Assembly (NCBI GenBank): GCA_964574885.1
Contig: CAZNQT010000001.1
Coordinates: forward strand, 1-33,842
Source: an uncultured Pirellulales bacterium
GTDB taxonomy: Bacteria; Planctomycetota; Phycisphaerae; Sedimentisphaerales; SM23-30
Direction of reading: 5' to 3'
DNA: 33,842 nt
Every line of letters begins with the position of its first letter. Within the stretch, counting starts at the first letter, position 1. Positions 8,769 to 18,086 of this stretch are shown here, piece after piece. A program made the translations under genes and the position numbers. Below the pieces are notes generated by a model that was not told where the DNA came from, searched no databases, and saw only the letters and a program-made list of their open reading frames with translations.

Positions 8769-10247
8769 ATGAAACCAACATTTAAAATCCGGAGAATGGG
8801 ATTCCTGCTTTTGATCACCCTTTTGAGTATCTCTCTATCCGTCCAAGCTGCAAATAAAATTCAATCTACCGTTAAAAGAATCATACCGGCGTTTCCCGGC
8901 GCCGAAGGCGCCGGAGCCATCACTCCGGGGGGACGCGGTGGAAAGGTTTTTGAGGTTACTAATCTCAACGATAGCGGTCCGGGCAGTTTGCGTGCAGCAT
9001 TAGGAGCCGAAGGCGCCCGGATTATAATCTTCCGTGTATCGGGTATAATTACACTAGAAACGAAACTCACGATTGAGAATCCGTTTATAACTATTGCCGG
9101 CCAAACCGCACCTGGCGACGGTATTTGTATCCGTGGACAGACCACGGAAATTAACACGCACGATGTGATATTGCGTTACTTGCGTTTTCGTCGCGGCAAT
9201 ATCAAGGATCGCAACGATAGTCTGGGCGGATATCCGGTGGGCAATATCATCGTGGATCATTGCTCCGCCAGTTGGGGACTGGATGAAAATCTCTCGCTTT
9301 ATCGTTATATGAAAAAAATGCCCGACGGCTCAAGTAAGAAAATGCCGACCGAAAATCTTACGATTCAGTGGTGCATTTCGAGCGAGGCCCTCGACCTGAA
9401 CAATCACGCGTTCGGTGCCACCTGGGGAGGGAAGAATGGCTCGTTCCATCACAATCTGTTTGCCTGTAACACAGGACGTAATCCCAGTATTGGCTGGGGC
9501 GATCATTTTGATTTTCGTAACAATGTGCTTTTCAACTGGCGACATCGAACGGTGGACGGTGGTGATGCCAGTTCCATGGTCAATATTATCGGTAATTACT
9601 ATAAACCGGGACCGGTTACCAACGAGGGTTCCATTCGGTATCGGATATGCCGGCCTCAGCATTTGGACATGTTCAGTGAAGCACAGCGGCAGGGGAAATG
9701 GTATGTGGCCGACAATTATGTTGTCGGTTATCCGAAGGTAACTGCCGACAACTGGAATGGCGGCGTACAGTTCGACAAAGAAAATGCCGCGACCGAGGCG
9801 GAACTCAAGTCTCTCATAACCAAGATACGCGCGACCGAACCAATTTCCGCTACTCTCATAACCCAGCAATCCTCCCAGGAGGCGTATGAACTCGTATTGG
9901 CCCAAGCTGGCGCCGTACTGCCCAGGCGCGATCCCGTGGACATGCGTATTATCAATATCGTGCGTACCGGCAAACCAACGTACGGCAAGGGAATTATCGA
10001 CCTTCCTCACGATGTCGGAGGTTGGCTTGAATATAAATCTACATCTGCACCCTCCGACGACGATCATGACGGCATGCCGGACGACTGGGAGAAGAAATTC
10101 GGATTGAATCCGAACAATCCCTCCGACGCCGCTGCAGATAGCGACAACGATGGTTTTACGAATGTCGAAGAATGGTTTAACGGTACGGATCCAACGCAAT
10201 ATATTGATTACCGAAAACCGGAAAATAATATAAACACACTTCATTAA
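8769..10247 (+). CDS. pectate lyase, polysaccharide lyase family 1, with C-terminal thrombospondin-type-3-like Ca-binding repeats
   Basis: AFPGAEGAGAITPGGRGGKVFEVTNLNDSGPGSLRAAL...IIFRVSGIITL...ITIAGQTAPGDGICIRG is the typical PL1 N-terminal beta-helix signature. Signal peptide MKPTFKIRRMGFLLLITLLSISLSVQA. The start is ambiguous (ATG at 8742, 8766 or 8769); 8769 has the best spacing from GGAG at 8759-8762. Confidence 0.85.
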   Translation: MKPTFKIRRMGFLLLITLLSISLSVQAANKIQSTVKRIIPAFPGAEGAGAITPGGRGGKVFEVTNLNDSGPGSLRAALGAEGARIIIFRVSGIITLETKLTIENPFITIAGQTAPGDGICIRGQTTEINTHDVILRYLRFRRGNIKDRNDSLGGYPVGNIIVDHCSASWGLDENLSLYRYMKKMPDGSSKKMPTENLTIQWCISSEALDLNNHAFGATWGGKNGSFHHNLFACNTGRNPSIGWGDHFDFRNNVLFNWRHRTVDGGDASSMVNIIGNYYKPGPVTNEGSIRYRICRPQHLDMFSEAQRQGKWYVADNYVVGYPKVTADNWNGGVQFDKENAATEAELKSLITKIRATEPISATLITQQSSQEAYELVLAQAGAVLPRRDPVDMRIINIVRTGKPTYGKGIIDLPHDVGGWLEYKSTSAPSDDDHDGMPDDWEKKFGLNPNNPSDAAADSDNDGFTNVEEWFNGTDPTQYIDYRKPENNINTLH

Positions 10248-10275
10248 ATCCTCATAATAGAATTGATAAACAGGA

Positions 10276-13200
10276 ATGGAACCGAAGACTAAACGACGAA
10301 TCTACTTGTGGATTTATATAACTTGTGGCACTATCAGGCGATGTGCAGAGCAAATTCATTCTCCATGCGTTCCTATATCTTTTATATCTTTGCCTTGTTT
10401 CATATTTTGTCTGATTACCAGCCTACATCTGGTTTTATCTGTCTCTGATGCAGACGATAAAGAACCGCCCTCTATCCGCATGGGCACCGACGGCAAACTA
10501 ATTTACCAGATTGACGAACACGGAAACCGGATTCCAGATTTTTCCCACTGCGGATACCTGGGTGGGAATAAGCCGATTCCCGACGTTCCTATTCGGGTAG
10601 TAGTTTCTCCGATCCAAGGTGACAATACGGATCGCATTCAAAGGGCATTGGATTACGTCGCCTCTCTACCGGCCAATGATGATGGCATTCGCGGTGCGGT
10701 TCTACTTCTAAAGGGCCGCTATGAGATTTTTGGCAGCCTGACGATGTCTGTTTCAGGCGTTGTTTTGCGGGGCCAGGGTATCCAAGATGACGGCACGAAG
10801 CTGATTGCGGCCGGTCGTGACCGACGCACACTTATCCGAATCATCGGCAGGAAGGACCGAACAAATCCCCTGGGTAAAACCTACCCTATCAAAGATAGTT
10901 ACACACCGGTCGGCGCGCTCCGCATCCATCTTAATTCCACGGAGGGACTCAAAGTCGATGATACGGTAAACATCATCCGTCCCTGCACTCAGGAGTGGAT
11001 CGATCAATTGAGTATGAACCGTTTTGGTGGCGGCTTGCACGGCTACTTCGCCTGGAAACCATGTTCTCGCGATCTAATCTGGGATCGTGTTATCATGTCC
11101 GTCACCGCGGATACGATTGTTCTGGATGCTCCCCTTACAACCGCCATCGAATCTTCCTTTGGCGGCGGTTGGGTAGAACTTTATTCCTGGCCCGGTCGGG
11201 TTAGTCACGTCGGGGTGGAAAACCTTCGCTGTGTCTCCGTGTTTGATTCCGAAAATCCTAAAGACGAAGACCATTCCTGGATGGCTGTCACGATGGAAAA
11301 TGTCCAAAACGCCTGGGTCCGACAGGTCACCATGAAGCACTTTGCCGGCTCCGCCGTGGCTATCTGGGAGAGTTGCAAATGGATCACCGTGGAGGATTGC
11401 CTTTCGCTGGCGCCTGTCTCGGAAGTGGGCGGTTACCGACGGCACACCTTCTTTACCATGGGGCAGTTAACGCTGTTCCTACACTGCCTGGCGGAACAAG
11501 GCCGGCATGATTTCTCCATGGGATATTGCGCCGCCGGGCCCAATGCGTTTGTACAATGCAAGGCTCGGTCACCTTTGAATGATAGCGGTCCCATTGAGAG
11601 TTGGGCCGCCGGCACTCTATACGATAATATTGAGATAGATGGAAATGCATTGCGATTATGCAATCGGTTAAGCAAGGGCGAAGGCATCGGCTGGGTGGCG
11701 ACCAACAGCGTTCTCTGGCAATGTAATGCGGCGATTATCCAATGCGAGAATCCTCCCACGGCGTACAACTGGGCGTTTGGCTGCTGGGGAGAATTCGAAG
11801 GTAACGGCGTCTGGCAAGAATCTAATTCGTTCGTTAAACCGCTGAGCCTCTACCGCGCGCAACTCGCGGATAGATTAGGCCACGAGGCAACCGAGTGGGT
11901 ACCCTGGATGCCGTTTTCCACATCAAGTTCTTCCAGACCCTCGGTTCAACAAGCCGAGGAATTAACGGTCGCATCCCGTAAGCCGGCGCGGCAACTGGCG
12001 GATTACATTACCGAAGCGGCTAAACGTCATACGATTTCTGTCGATCCCGGTGACGCTAAAACTCTGGAAGAAATTCTTCCCGTTACCTCCCTTAAAAAAC
12101 CGAATTCAACGCCCAAAAAACTATTGTCTCTTACTCAGGGGATTATAACCTGCAATAACCTTCTACTTACGGGCAGCAGTATAGGCGTAGCATGGTGGCG
12201 AGGTAGTATCCATCCCTATAAAGCGCCGTCTTTTGGTTTGGGGATTACGCGATTTGTACCAGGCCGCATCGGACTTGGTTTCACGGATGATTTAGATGAA
12301 CTCACAAATAGCATGGCAGCGAGGGGGCAAACGATACTCGATTATAATTATGGTCTTTGGTACGATCGTCGTCGAGACGACCACCAGCGCGTACGACGTA
12401 TGGACGGAGAGGTTCGGCCGCCCTTCTACGAGTTGCCTTTCGCCCGTAGCGGCCAAGGTGTCGCCTGGGACGGGCTGAGTAAATATGATCTGACAAAATA
12501 CAATCCCTGGTACTGGAACCGATTGAAAGAATTTGCCGACCTGTGCGACCAAAAGGGATTACTCCTGCTCCATCAGAATTACTTTCAGCATAACCTTTTA
12601 GAAGCAGGCGCCCACTGGGCGGATTTCCCCTGGCGCTCAGCTAATAATATTAACGATACGGATTTTCCTGAGCCGCCTCCCTATGCCGGTAACAAACGTA
12701 TTTTCATGGATGAATTGTTCTATGATATCTCTCACCCCGTCCGTCGCTCGATCCATCGAGCCTATATCCGTAAATGTCTCAATAATTTCTCAGACAACAC
12801 CAACGTAATTCATCTAACCAGCGCCGAATACTCTGGACCGCTCAATTTCGTTCAGTTCTGGCTCGACACCATCATTGAATGGCAGCGGGAAACCGGACGA
12901 AAACCTATGATTGGATTGAGTTGTACCAAGGATGTCCAGGACGCCATTCTCGGCGATCCTGTTCACCGTGGAGCCGTTTCCGTGATAGACATTCGCTACT
13001 GGTGGTATCAGTCCGACGGCAAACTCTATGCTCCGAAGGACGGTCAACATCTGGCGCCGCGCCAGCACGCCCGATTGTTGAATCCCAAGCGTACCTCATT
13101 CGACCAGGTTTTCCGCGCCGTGCGGGAATACCGAATCAAATATCCTGACAAGGCTGTTTTGTATTCTGCCGATGGTTCGTATGGTTGGGCCGTACTCATG

Positions 13201-13524
13201 GGCGGCGGGTCGATTCCTAATCTTCAAAATCTTACGAATGAAACTCTACTTGCGACAATCCCGCGTATGAAACCGTTCGATCTGCCCCGTGATATTGAAG
13301 GGCAATATGCGTTAGCCGATCCCCCGCGTTCCTACTTGGTTTATGCTAAATCGGGCGAAACAATACAAATAGATCTTAGCAACATTCAGGGGAAATTCAC
13401 AACATACTGGTTTGAGCCGAAAAGTAATCAGATAGTTTCGAGTCGTGATCCCATTACCGGGGGATCGAAGGTGGAAATCACCATTCAATTTAAACCGTGC
13501 GTACTCTGGCTGAGGCGACAATAA
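10276..13524 (+). CDS. large secreted two-part protein: N-terminal pectate-lyase-superfamily right-handed beta-helix plus C-terminal TIM-barrel-like glycosidase-like domain and terminal beta-sandwich
   Basis: DNTDRIQRALDYVASLP....GAVLLLKGRYEI.GSL....SGVVLRGQG is the Pectate_lyase_3-type opening. The C-terminal half carries W.DFPWRSANNIN and ends in a YALADPPRSYLVYAKSG...beta-sandwich like those that follow DUF4038/GH140-type barrels. The start is uncertain: the N-region is long and no in-frame ATG lies near the hydrophobic segment. Confidence 0.55.
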   Translation: MEPKTKRRIYLWIYITCGTIRRCAEQIHSPCVPISFISLPCFIFCLITSLHLVLSVSDADDKEPPSIRMGTDGKLIYQIDEHGNRIPDFSHCGYLGGNKPIPDVPIRVVVSPIQGDNTDRIQRALDYVASLPANDDGIRGAVLLLKGRYEIFGSLTMSVSGVVLRGQGIQDDGTKLIAAGRDRRTLIRIIGRKDRTNPLGKTYPIKDSYTPVGALRIHLNSTEGLKVDDTVNIIRPCTQEWIDQLSMNRFGGGLHGYFAWKPCSRDLIWDRVIMSVTADTIVLDAPLTTAIESSFGGGWVELYSWPGRVSHVGVENLRCVSVFDSENPKDEDHSWMAVTMENVQNAWVRQVTMKHFAGSAVAIWESCKWITVEDCLSLAPVSEVGGYRRHTFFTMGQLTLFLHCLAEQGRHDFSMGYCAAGPNAFVQCKARSPLNDSGPIESWAAGTLYDNIEIDGNALRLCNRLSKGEGIGWVATNSVLWQCNAAIIQCENPPTAYNWAFGCWGEFEGNGVWQESNSFVKPLSLYRAQLADRLGHEATEWVPWMPFSTSSSSRPSVQQAEELTVASRKPARQLADYITEAAKRHTISVDPGDAKTLEEILPVTSLKKPNSTPKKLLSLTQGIITCNNLLLTGSSIGVAWWRGSIHPYKAPSFGLGITRFVPGRIGLGFTDDLDELTNSMAARGQTILDYNYGLWYDRRRDDHQRVRRMDGEVRPPFYELPFARSGQGVAWDGLSKYDLTKYNPWYWNRLKEFADLCDQKGLLLLHQNYFQHNLLEAGAHWADFPWRSANNINDTDFPEPPPYAGNKRIFMDELFYDISHPVRRSIHRAYIRKCLNNFSDNTNVIHLTSAEYSGPLNFVQFWLDTIIEWQRETGRKPMIGLSCTKDVQDAILGDPVHRGAVSVIDIRYWWYQSDGKLYAPKDGQHLAPRQHARLLNPKRTSFDQVFRAVREYRIKYPDKAVLYSADGSYGWAVLMGGGSIPNLQNLTNETLLATIPRMKPFDLPRDIEGQYALADPPRSYLVYAKSGETIQIDLSNIQGKFTTYWFEPKSNQIVSSRDPITGGSKVEITIQFKPCVLWLRRQ

Positions 13525-13849
13525 AAAATATTGAAACATAATTGGGAGTATGTGGTGACGAAAATGAATATGACATTGAAGGATTGATCGCCATCACCTC
13601 CGTCTGGCTCCGGGATAAGGTGCGGCCTGACAAGATCCGGGAACGGGTGGAGGCTTTTGGCCTGGTGCTCAACAATCTGCTAAAGCACGCCTCCGCCTAG
13701 GAGATGTCGGGACTTCTGCAACGGATCACACCGAATTTACGTGTACAGGGATTGCAAATCATGTAACCGTCTTTGTTTTGCCCGAAACTGTCTTGTAGAT
13801 CTTGCCGATGGCTTCAGAATCTTCACAATGAAAAGAGAATTCAGTGGTA

Positions 13850-15349
13850 TCATGTAAAAGCAGAATTGTACCCGGGGATGCTGCAAATCGTTGCTGAGTT
13901 GCCTGAAAATGACCTTAAGTATTTCAGCTTCACTAATACGTCGGTTATCAAGGAAACGATAGGCCGCTTTCGTGTTTGCCCAATCCTGACAAAGAGCTTC
14001 GTACCCTTAAATGTCAAGGGGCGGGTAATAATTTTTCCCGGTTTCTGAGCAGCGTTTAAAGAAACAAAGCCGTCACGGCGGAGTTTGGCCAAGCCTATCC
14101 AGAACAGCCCCCAGTGATCGAGATTATCTCTTTTTCCATTGCGTGAACCATAATAGTAAAACCATAATTCATCCCCGACTAGGGTGGGGCCATATTTGGC
14201 ATAACAGGAATAATCCGCTTCCCAGCTATCTTCATTACCCAACGCAATAAAGGGTTGTCGATGGAGCGGGCGCAGCCAGTGTCTTCCGTTGCGACTATAT
14301 GCTAATTGTAGATCGACCTGTTTGAAGCCAGCTAGAATTACGTGGTGTACACGAATCATTCCTATCCACATGCTTTCGTATGGAAAACCGATGTGGCCGT
14401 AGATTTGACAATCTGGAGCGTCATACTTGTCAGGGAATAGTATAAATCGTGGACTGCTCCAGTGAATGAGATCGTCGCTTTCCATAAACGTACGCAATCG
14501 CAAACGGGGCTTGTGGTCATCCACGATACCGAGCTCTTTAAACTTTTCTTTAGGCATATAAAGGTTGAACTTGGCTGAACATGTGTATGTCTTTAGTACC
14601 GGATCGTACTGAAAGATACTTGTATCCCCAACTCCACAAGACTGGAAATGTTTCGGTTGTGTCCACTGAAACCCGACAGCGCTGTCAAAGCCTCTCACCT
14701 CCAACTCAGAGGGCATCATATGGTTAAAAGTGCGTTGCAGAATCGGGCGTTGAGGGCTACGCTGCCAATGCAGTCCGTCATGCGAATGATAGAGATAAAA
14801 ACCACCCGGTTCGCCAGTCTCCTTGTTTGTCCGTATTTCCAAAACAATTTTATAACACCCCTCTTGTTCGGGAATATCAGGGTTGTATATAAAACCTCTA
14901 ACCTCCCCGTGATCTTTGATAATCATATTGCCGTTGGGACTTAAATCAGGTTTTGTCCAATGGATACCATCGTTACTTTCGGCATAATGACGATTGTACC
15001 ACATCCGAAACATTTGACTCTTATCGTCATACAGTACAGCCACTGGCTGGCCGGGCATTAAAGGATTGCCTGGATATTTCTCTGGCTGATGGAACTCTCT
15101 GGAAAGATTCTCGACGAAACTGATTATATAGTTATCCACAAACAACTGACTTTTTGAGTCTATTTTAATCGGCCAGTTGCTAACATTATCCGGAAACATG
15201 ATATGATCGCTCGTAAGGATGCTATAGGCTTCCGGGAATCGGTTTCGATCTATCCACGGTCTATCTTCGCCTGTGGCGGTCGGCATGCAACATGCTATCA
15301 AAAAAAACGCTGCTGCTAAATATGCAATATAGTAATCTGAGTTTTTCAT
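13850..15349 (-). CDS. beta-propeller glycoside-hydrolase-like lipoprotein (GH43/32/68-superfamily-like, four Asp-box-like D/NG.HW motifs); C-terminal beta-sandwich possibly truncated
   Basis: Lipobox-like LIAC. Recurrent SNDGIHWTKP, SHDGLHWQR, SDDLIHWSSP and SRNGRHWLRP blades. LRRDGFVSL marks entry into a C-terminal sandwich that ends after only about 60 aa. This is the only minus-strand gene in the enzyme cluster, and its GC content looks lower. Confidence 0.55.
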   Translation of the reverse strand: MKNSDYYIAYLAAAFFLIACCMPTATGEDRPWIDRNRFPEAYSILTSDHIMFPDNVSNWPIKIDSKSQLFVDNYIISFVENLSREFHQPEKYPGNPLMPGQPVAVLYDDKSQMFRMWYNRHYAESNDGIHWTKPDLSPNGNMIIKDHGEVRGFIYNPDIPEQEGCYKIVLEIRTNKETGEPGGFYLYHSHDGLHWQRSPQRPILQRTFNHMMPSELEVRGFDSAVGFQWTQPKHFQSCGVGDTSIFQYDPVLKTYTCSAKFNLYMPKEKFKELGIVDDHKPRLRLRTFMESDDLIHWSSPRFILFPDKYDAPDCQIYGHIGFPYESMWIGMIRVHHVILAGFKQVDLQLAYSRNGRHWLRPLHRQPFIALGNEDSWEADYSCYAKYGPTLVGDELWFYYYGSRNGKRDNLDHWGLFWIGLAKLRRDGFVSLNAAQKPGKIITRPLTFKGTKLFVRIGQTRKRPIVSLITDVLVKLKYLRSFSGNSATICSIPGYNSAFT

Positions 15350-15434
15350 ATTATACCTTTTTCAAGAAAGCATTTACACGAACATTTCACTTCTACATGA
15401 TTTGGGTACATTAATGTATGTCATGATGCTGCCC

Positions 15435-15462
15435 ATTATATCATATTAACTGAAATTATCAA
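15435..15462 (-). promoter_or_regulatory. candidate sigma70-type promoter for the minus-strand beta-propeller gene (TTGATA-16 nt-TATAAT on the minus strand)
   Basis: The plus strand reads ATTATA at 15435-15440 and TATCAA at 15457-15462, about 85 nt upstream of the ATG at 15349. Sequence match only. Confidence 0.3.
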
Positions 15463-15505
15463 GAGGTCTTGGAGGTAAAACCAAATTCTGGTACGTGGCA
15501 GGAGC

Positions 15506-15534
15506 TTGAAATTTACAGATCCATCGATTATTAT
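15506..15534 (+). promoter_or_regulatory. candidate sigma70-type promoter (TTGAAA-17 nt-TATTAT) for the DUF4838-like gene
   Basis: Lies in the 196-bp AT-rich divergent intergenic region. If this promoter is used, the true start codon is more likely the ATG at 15570 or 15615 than the one at 15546. Confidence 0.3.
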
Positions 15535-15545
15535 ATATATGAGGA

Positions 15546-18014
15546 ATGAGTAATCGGAGCTATACAGTAATGAAAATTGCTACGTCACGGAGTTATGAGC
15601 TTAGGAAATTCTTAATGTTGTACAAAATCGTTTTGTTTTTCAGAATCATATTTATAGTGATGGTGCTTACGAATGGCGCCAAGAGCAAAGCGGTTACACT
15701 GGTCCGGGACGGTAAACCAGCCTGTACTATTATAACAACGGAGAATCCGACACTGGCAGCGCGGCTGGCGGCAAAAGAACTCCAATATCACATCCAAGAG
15801 ATTACCGGGGCAGTATTGCCTGTCATAACATCCAAACAGAAAGTTAAGGGTACAATTATCCTGGTAGGTGAAAGCGAGACTACACGCCAACTTGGCCTGA
15901 AGTCAGAAGATTTCATGCCGCAAGAGTATCTTATTCGAATTAAAGACGAAATGGTTATCCTGATGGGTCGGGACTGGCAGGACACCGAGGCCAACCACAA
16001 CAAAGTTGACAACGATATGCTATACTCAATGGCTAAGACAAGAAAGAAAATCAACTACGCGGTAGCCGTGGGGCAGGACAATGCGAAAGCGGAAATCATT
16101 GAGTTACCAGGTATTTTGGATGATCAAGGGACTTGCTATGCGACGTATGATTTTTTAGAGCGTTTTTGTAACGTACGCTGGTACGGTCCATCCCTGCTCA
16201 ATATCGTGATTCCATCGAAAACAACTCTCACAATATCGCCTGCCGAAATCCGACGGATGCCATCTCTTTTACATCGTAATGCTCCGGGCGGCGGCTGGCC
16301 TATTATCCGGAAGCAGTGGGGGCCGCATCATGGAATACAAAAGGATCTTTTCGATCGCAGGATACGCTTCGGGGGTGAAAAATGGGCTTGTAACCACTCC
16401 TTTTCGAGTTTTAGAGACCGCTTCCTGGTAAAAAATCCCGATCGTCCGGAATTATGGGAGCGTTATCGACCGGATTTCTTTGCAGTAGGATGGGAAAACG
16501 AAGGATTTTGGCGTCAGCTATGCCTGACAAATCCAGATCTTATCGAACAGGTCGTTCAAGATGCACGAGATTACTTTGATGGCAAGGGTGTCAAAGGCCG
16601 ACAAGTTGCCTGTGGCGACTATTTTGCTATCGTACCGCAAGACTCCGACCACTGGTGTAAGTGCGATAGATGTCAGGCGATTCTTGCTCGCGGCAAATCC
16701 CGAAATATTAAGTATGCCTTCGGTACTGGGACTGCCAGCGACTATGTGTTTGGTTTCGTAAACGCAGTGGCCCGTGAAGTTCGCAAGACGCATCCGAATA
16801 AGTATATAGCTACGTTAGCTTATCACGTGTATTCCTATCCGCCGACCTTCCCGCTGGAGTCAAACGTCGCAGTCGCTCCGTGCGTACAGTTGTGCTATGA
16901 CTATCAGAAAGGAACGTTCGAGAACGACGCCAGGTTTTACAACCAGTGGATCTCCGAAAATAAGGGCCGGAGACTGTACCTGTGGAATTACTTCCATCAC
17001 CCGATGGAACGTGCGCTAATAGGCGGTTGGAAGTGCTTTCCCTGTTTCATGCCTGAAGTAATATCCAAATGGGTTAAACGCTACCATCATGATGGAGTGC
17101 GGGGATATTTCTTGTGCGGCATCCCCCAGCAATTAGATTACTACTTATATATGCAAACCGCCTTCAATGCTGATACGGATTACGTTAAGCTCGTAGATGA
17201 GTTTTTTGCCCGTTACTTCGGTTCGGCGGGAGAACCCATGAAAAAATTCTATTATCGGATTTCCGAAATTAACCGCGAGGAAGGGGTGCTGGGTACGACT
17301 CCGGAGGCTTCCTGGGAGCGACTCGGCACAGAACCACGTATGAACGAACTCGGCGCCCTGATCGACCAGGCCAGGGAATTGGCTCAGACAGACCTGGAGA
17401 AGAGGCGTGTGGAAACCTGGAAAGAGGGCGTCTGGGACTATATGCTTGAAGGCCGCAGAGAATTCGTTAAGAAAAAACGAGCCTACGAACAGAAAGAGTT
17501 GCCGATCGCTGTGTACAGCACTGGTGTGGATGATGAACATCGACTTCTCCCGGATGGATCCATCGATACGCACTGGCGGCTTACCGACAGCAGTGACGAT
17601 AAATGGATCGGTCCGAATACCTACACGGTTCGGTCCGCGACGGCGCCAATTCCACCATGGAGCGAACAGACGTCGGACTCAAAATCAAAGTGGATTACAC
17701 CACGAGCGGATAGCGTCGATGTCGCACCCGGTATATATATTTATGAACAGACATTCAACATAGACGAACGTGTAAACCTGGAAACGGCAAGCCTATTTGG
17801 CCGGTTCATGGGTGATGATATAGTGGAACGCATCGAGATCAATGGAGTGAAAATCGACGGAACCGCTAGTTTCGCTACGTGGATCAATTTCCTCATTATA
17901 GAACATCTTGTCACCGGTGAGAACATACTGCGAATTGTCGTCAAAAACAGTGGCAATAACTCGAATCCACACGGTATTCGCATCGAAATAAGCGGTTCAG
18001 CAGACAGAAAGTAG
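15546..18014 (+). CDS. DUF4838-like secreted protein (GH20/GH67-type N-terminal zincin-like fold plus TIM-barrel-like core) with a C-terminal beta-sandwich
   Basis: VTLVRDGKPACTIITTENPTLAARLAAKELQYHIQEITGAVLPV......GTIILVGES is the typical opening of DUF4838 proteins. Also CLTNPDLIEQV and HWCKCDRCQA. The start is ambiguous (15546, 15570 or 15615). Confidence 0.6.
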   Translation: MSNRSYTVMKIATSRSYELRKFLMLYKIVLFFRIIFIVMVLTNGAKSKAVTLVRDGKPACTIITTENPTLAARLAAKELQYHIQEITGAVLPVITSKQKVKGTIILVGESETTRQLGLKSEDFMPQEYLIRIKDEMVILMGRDWQDTEANHNKVDNDMLYSMAKTRKKINYAVAVGQDNAKAEIIELPGILDDQGTCYATYDFLERFCNVRWYGPSLLNIVIPSKTTLTISPAEIRRMPSLLHRNAPGGGWPIIRKQWGPHHGIQKDLFDRRIRFGGEKWACNHSFSSFRDRFLVKNPDRPELWERYRPDFFAVGWENEGFWRQLCLTNPDLIEQVVQDARDYFDGKGVKGRQVACGDYFAIVPQDSDHWCKCDRCQAILARGKSRNIKYAFGTGTASDYVFGFVNAVAREVRKTHPNKYIATLAYHVYSYPPTFPLESNVAVAPCVQLCYDYQKGTFENDARFYNQWISENKGRRLYLWNYFHHPMERALIGGWKCFPCFMPEVISKWVKRYHHDGVRGYFLCGIPQQLDYYLYMQTAFNADTDYVKLVDEFFARYFGSAGEPMKKFYYRISEINREEGVLGTTPEASWERLGTEPRMNELGALIDQARELAQTDLEKRRVETWKEGVWDYMLEGRREFVKKKRAYEQKELPIAVYSTGVDDEHRLLPDGSIDTHWRLTDSSDDKWIGPNTYTVRSATAPIPPWSEQTSDSKSKWITPRADSVDVAPGIYIYEQTFNIDERVNLETASLFGRFMGDDIVERIEINGVKIDGTASFATWINFLIIEHLVTGENILRIVVKNSGNNSNPHGIRIEISGSADRK

Positions 18015-18086
18015 AGTGGGTAAAAACCGAAGATAAGCCTTTTCCTGCATTCGACCATAAAGTTAGGAAAATAATAGATCTTGACA

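Noticed and set aside
13773-14048. 91-aa plus-strand ORF overlapping the 3' end of the beta-propeller gene
   Set aside because: It is antisense to a gene with clear family motifs, has no RBS and has no recognisable domain. It is probably spurious. The region is discussed instead as a possible rearrangement scar.
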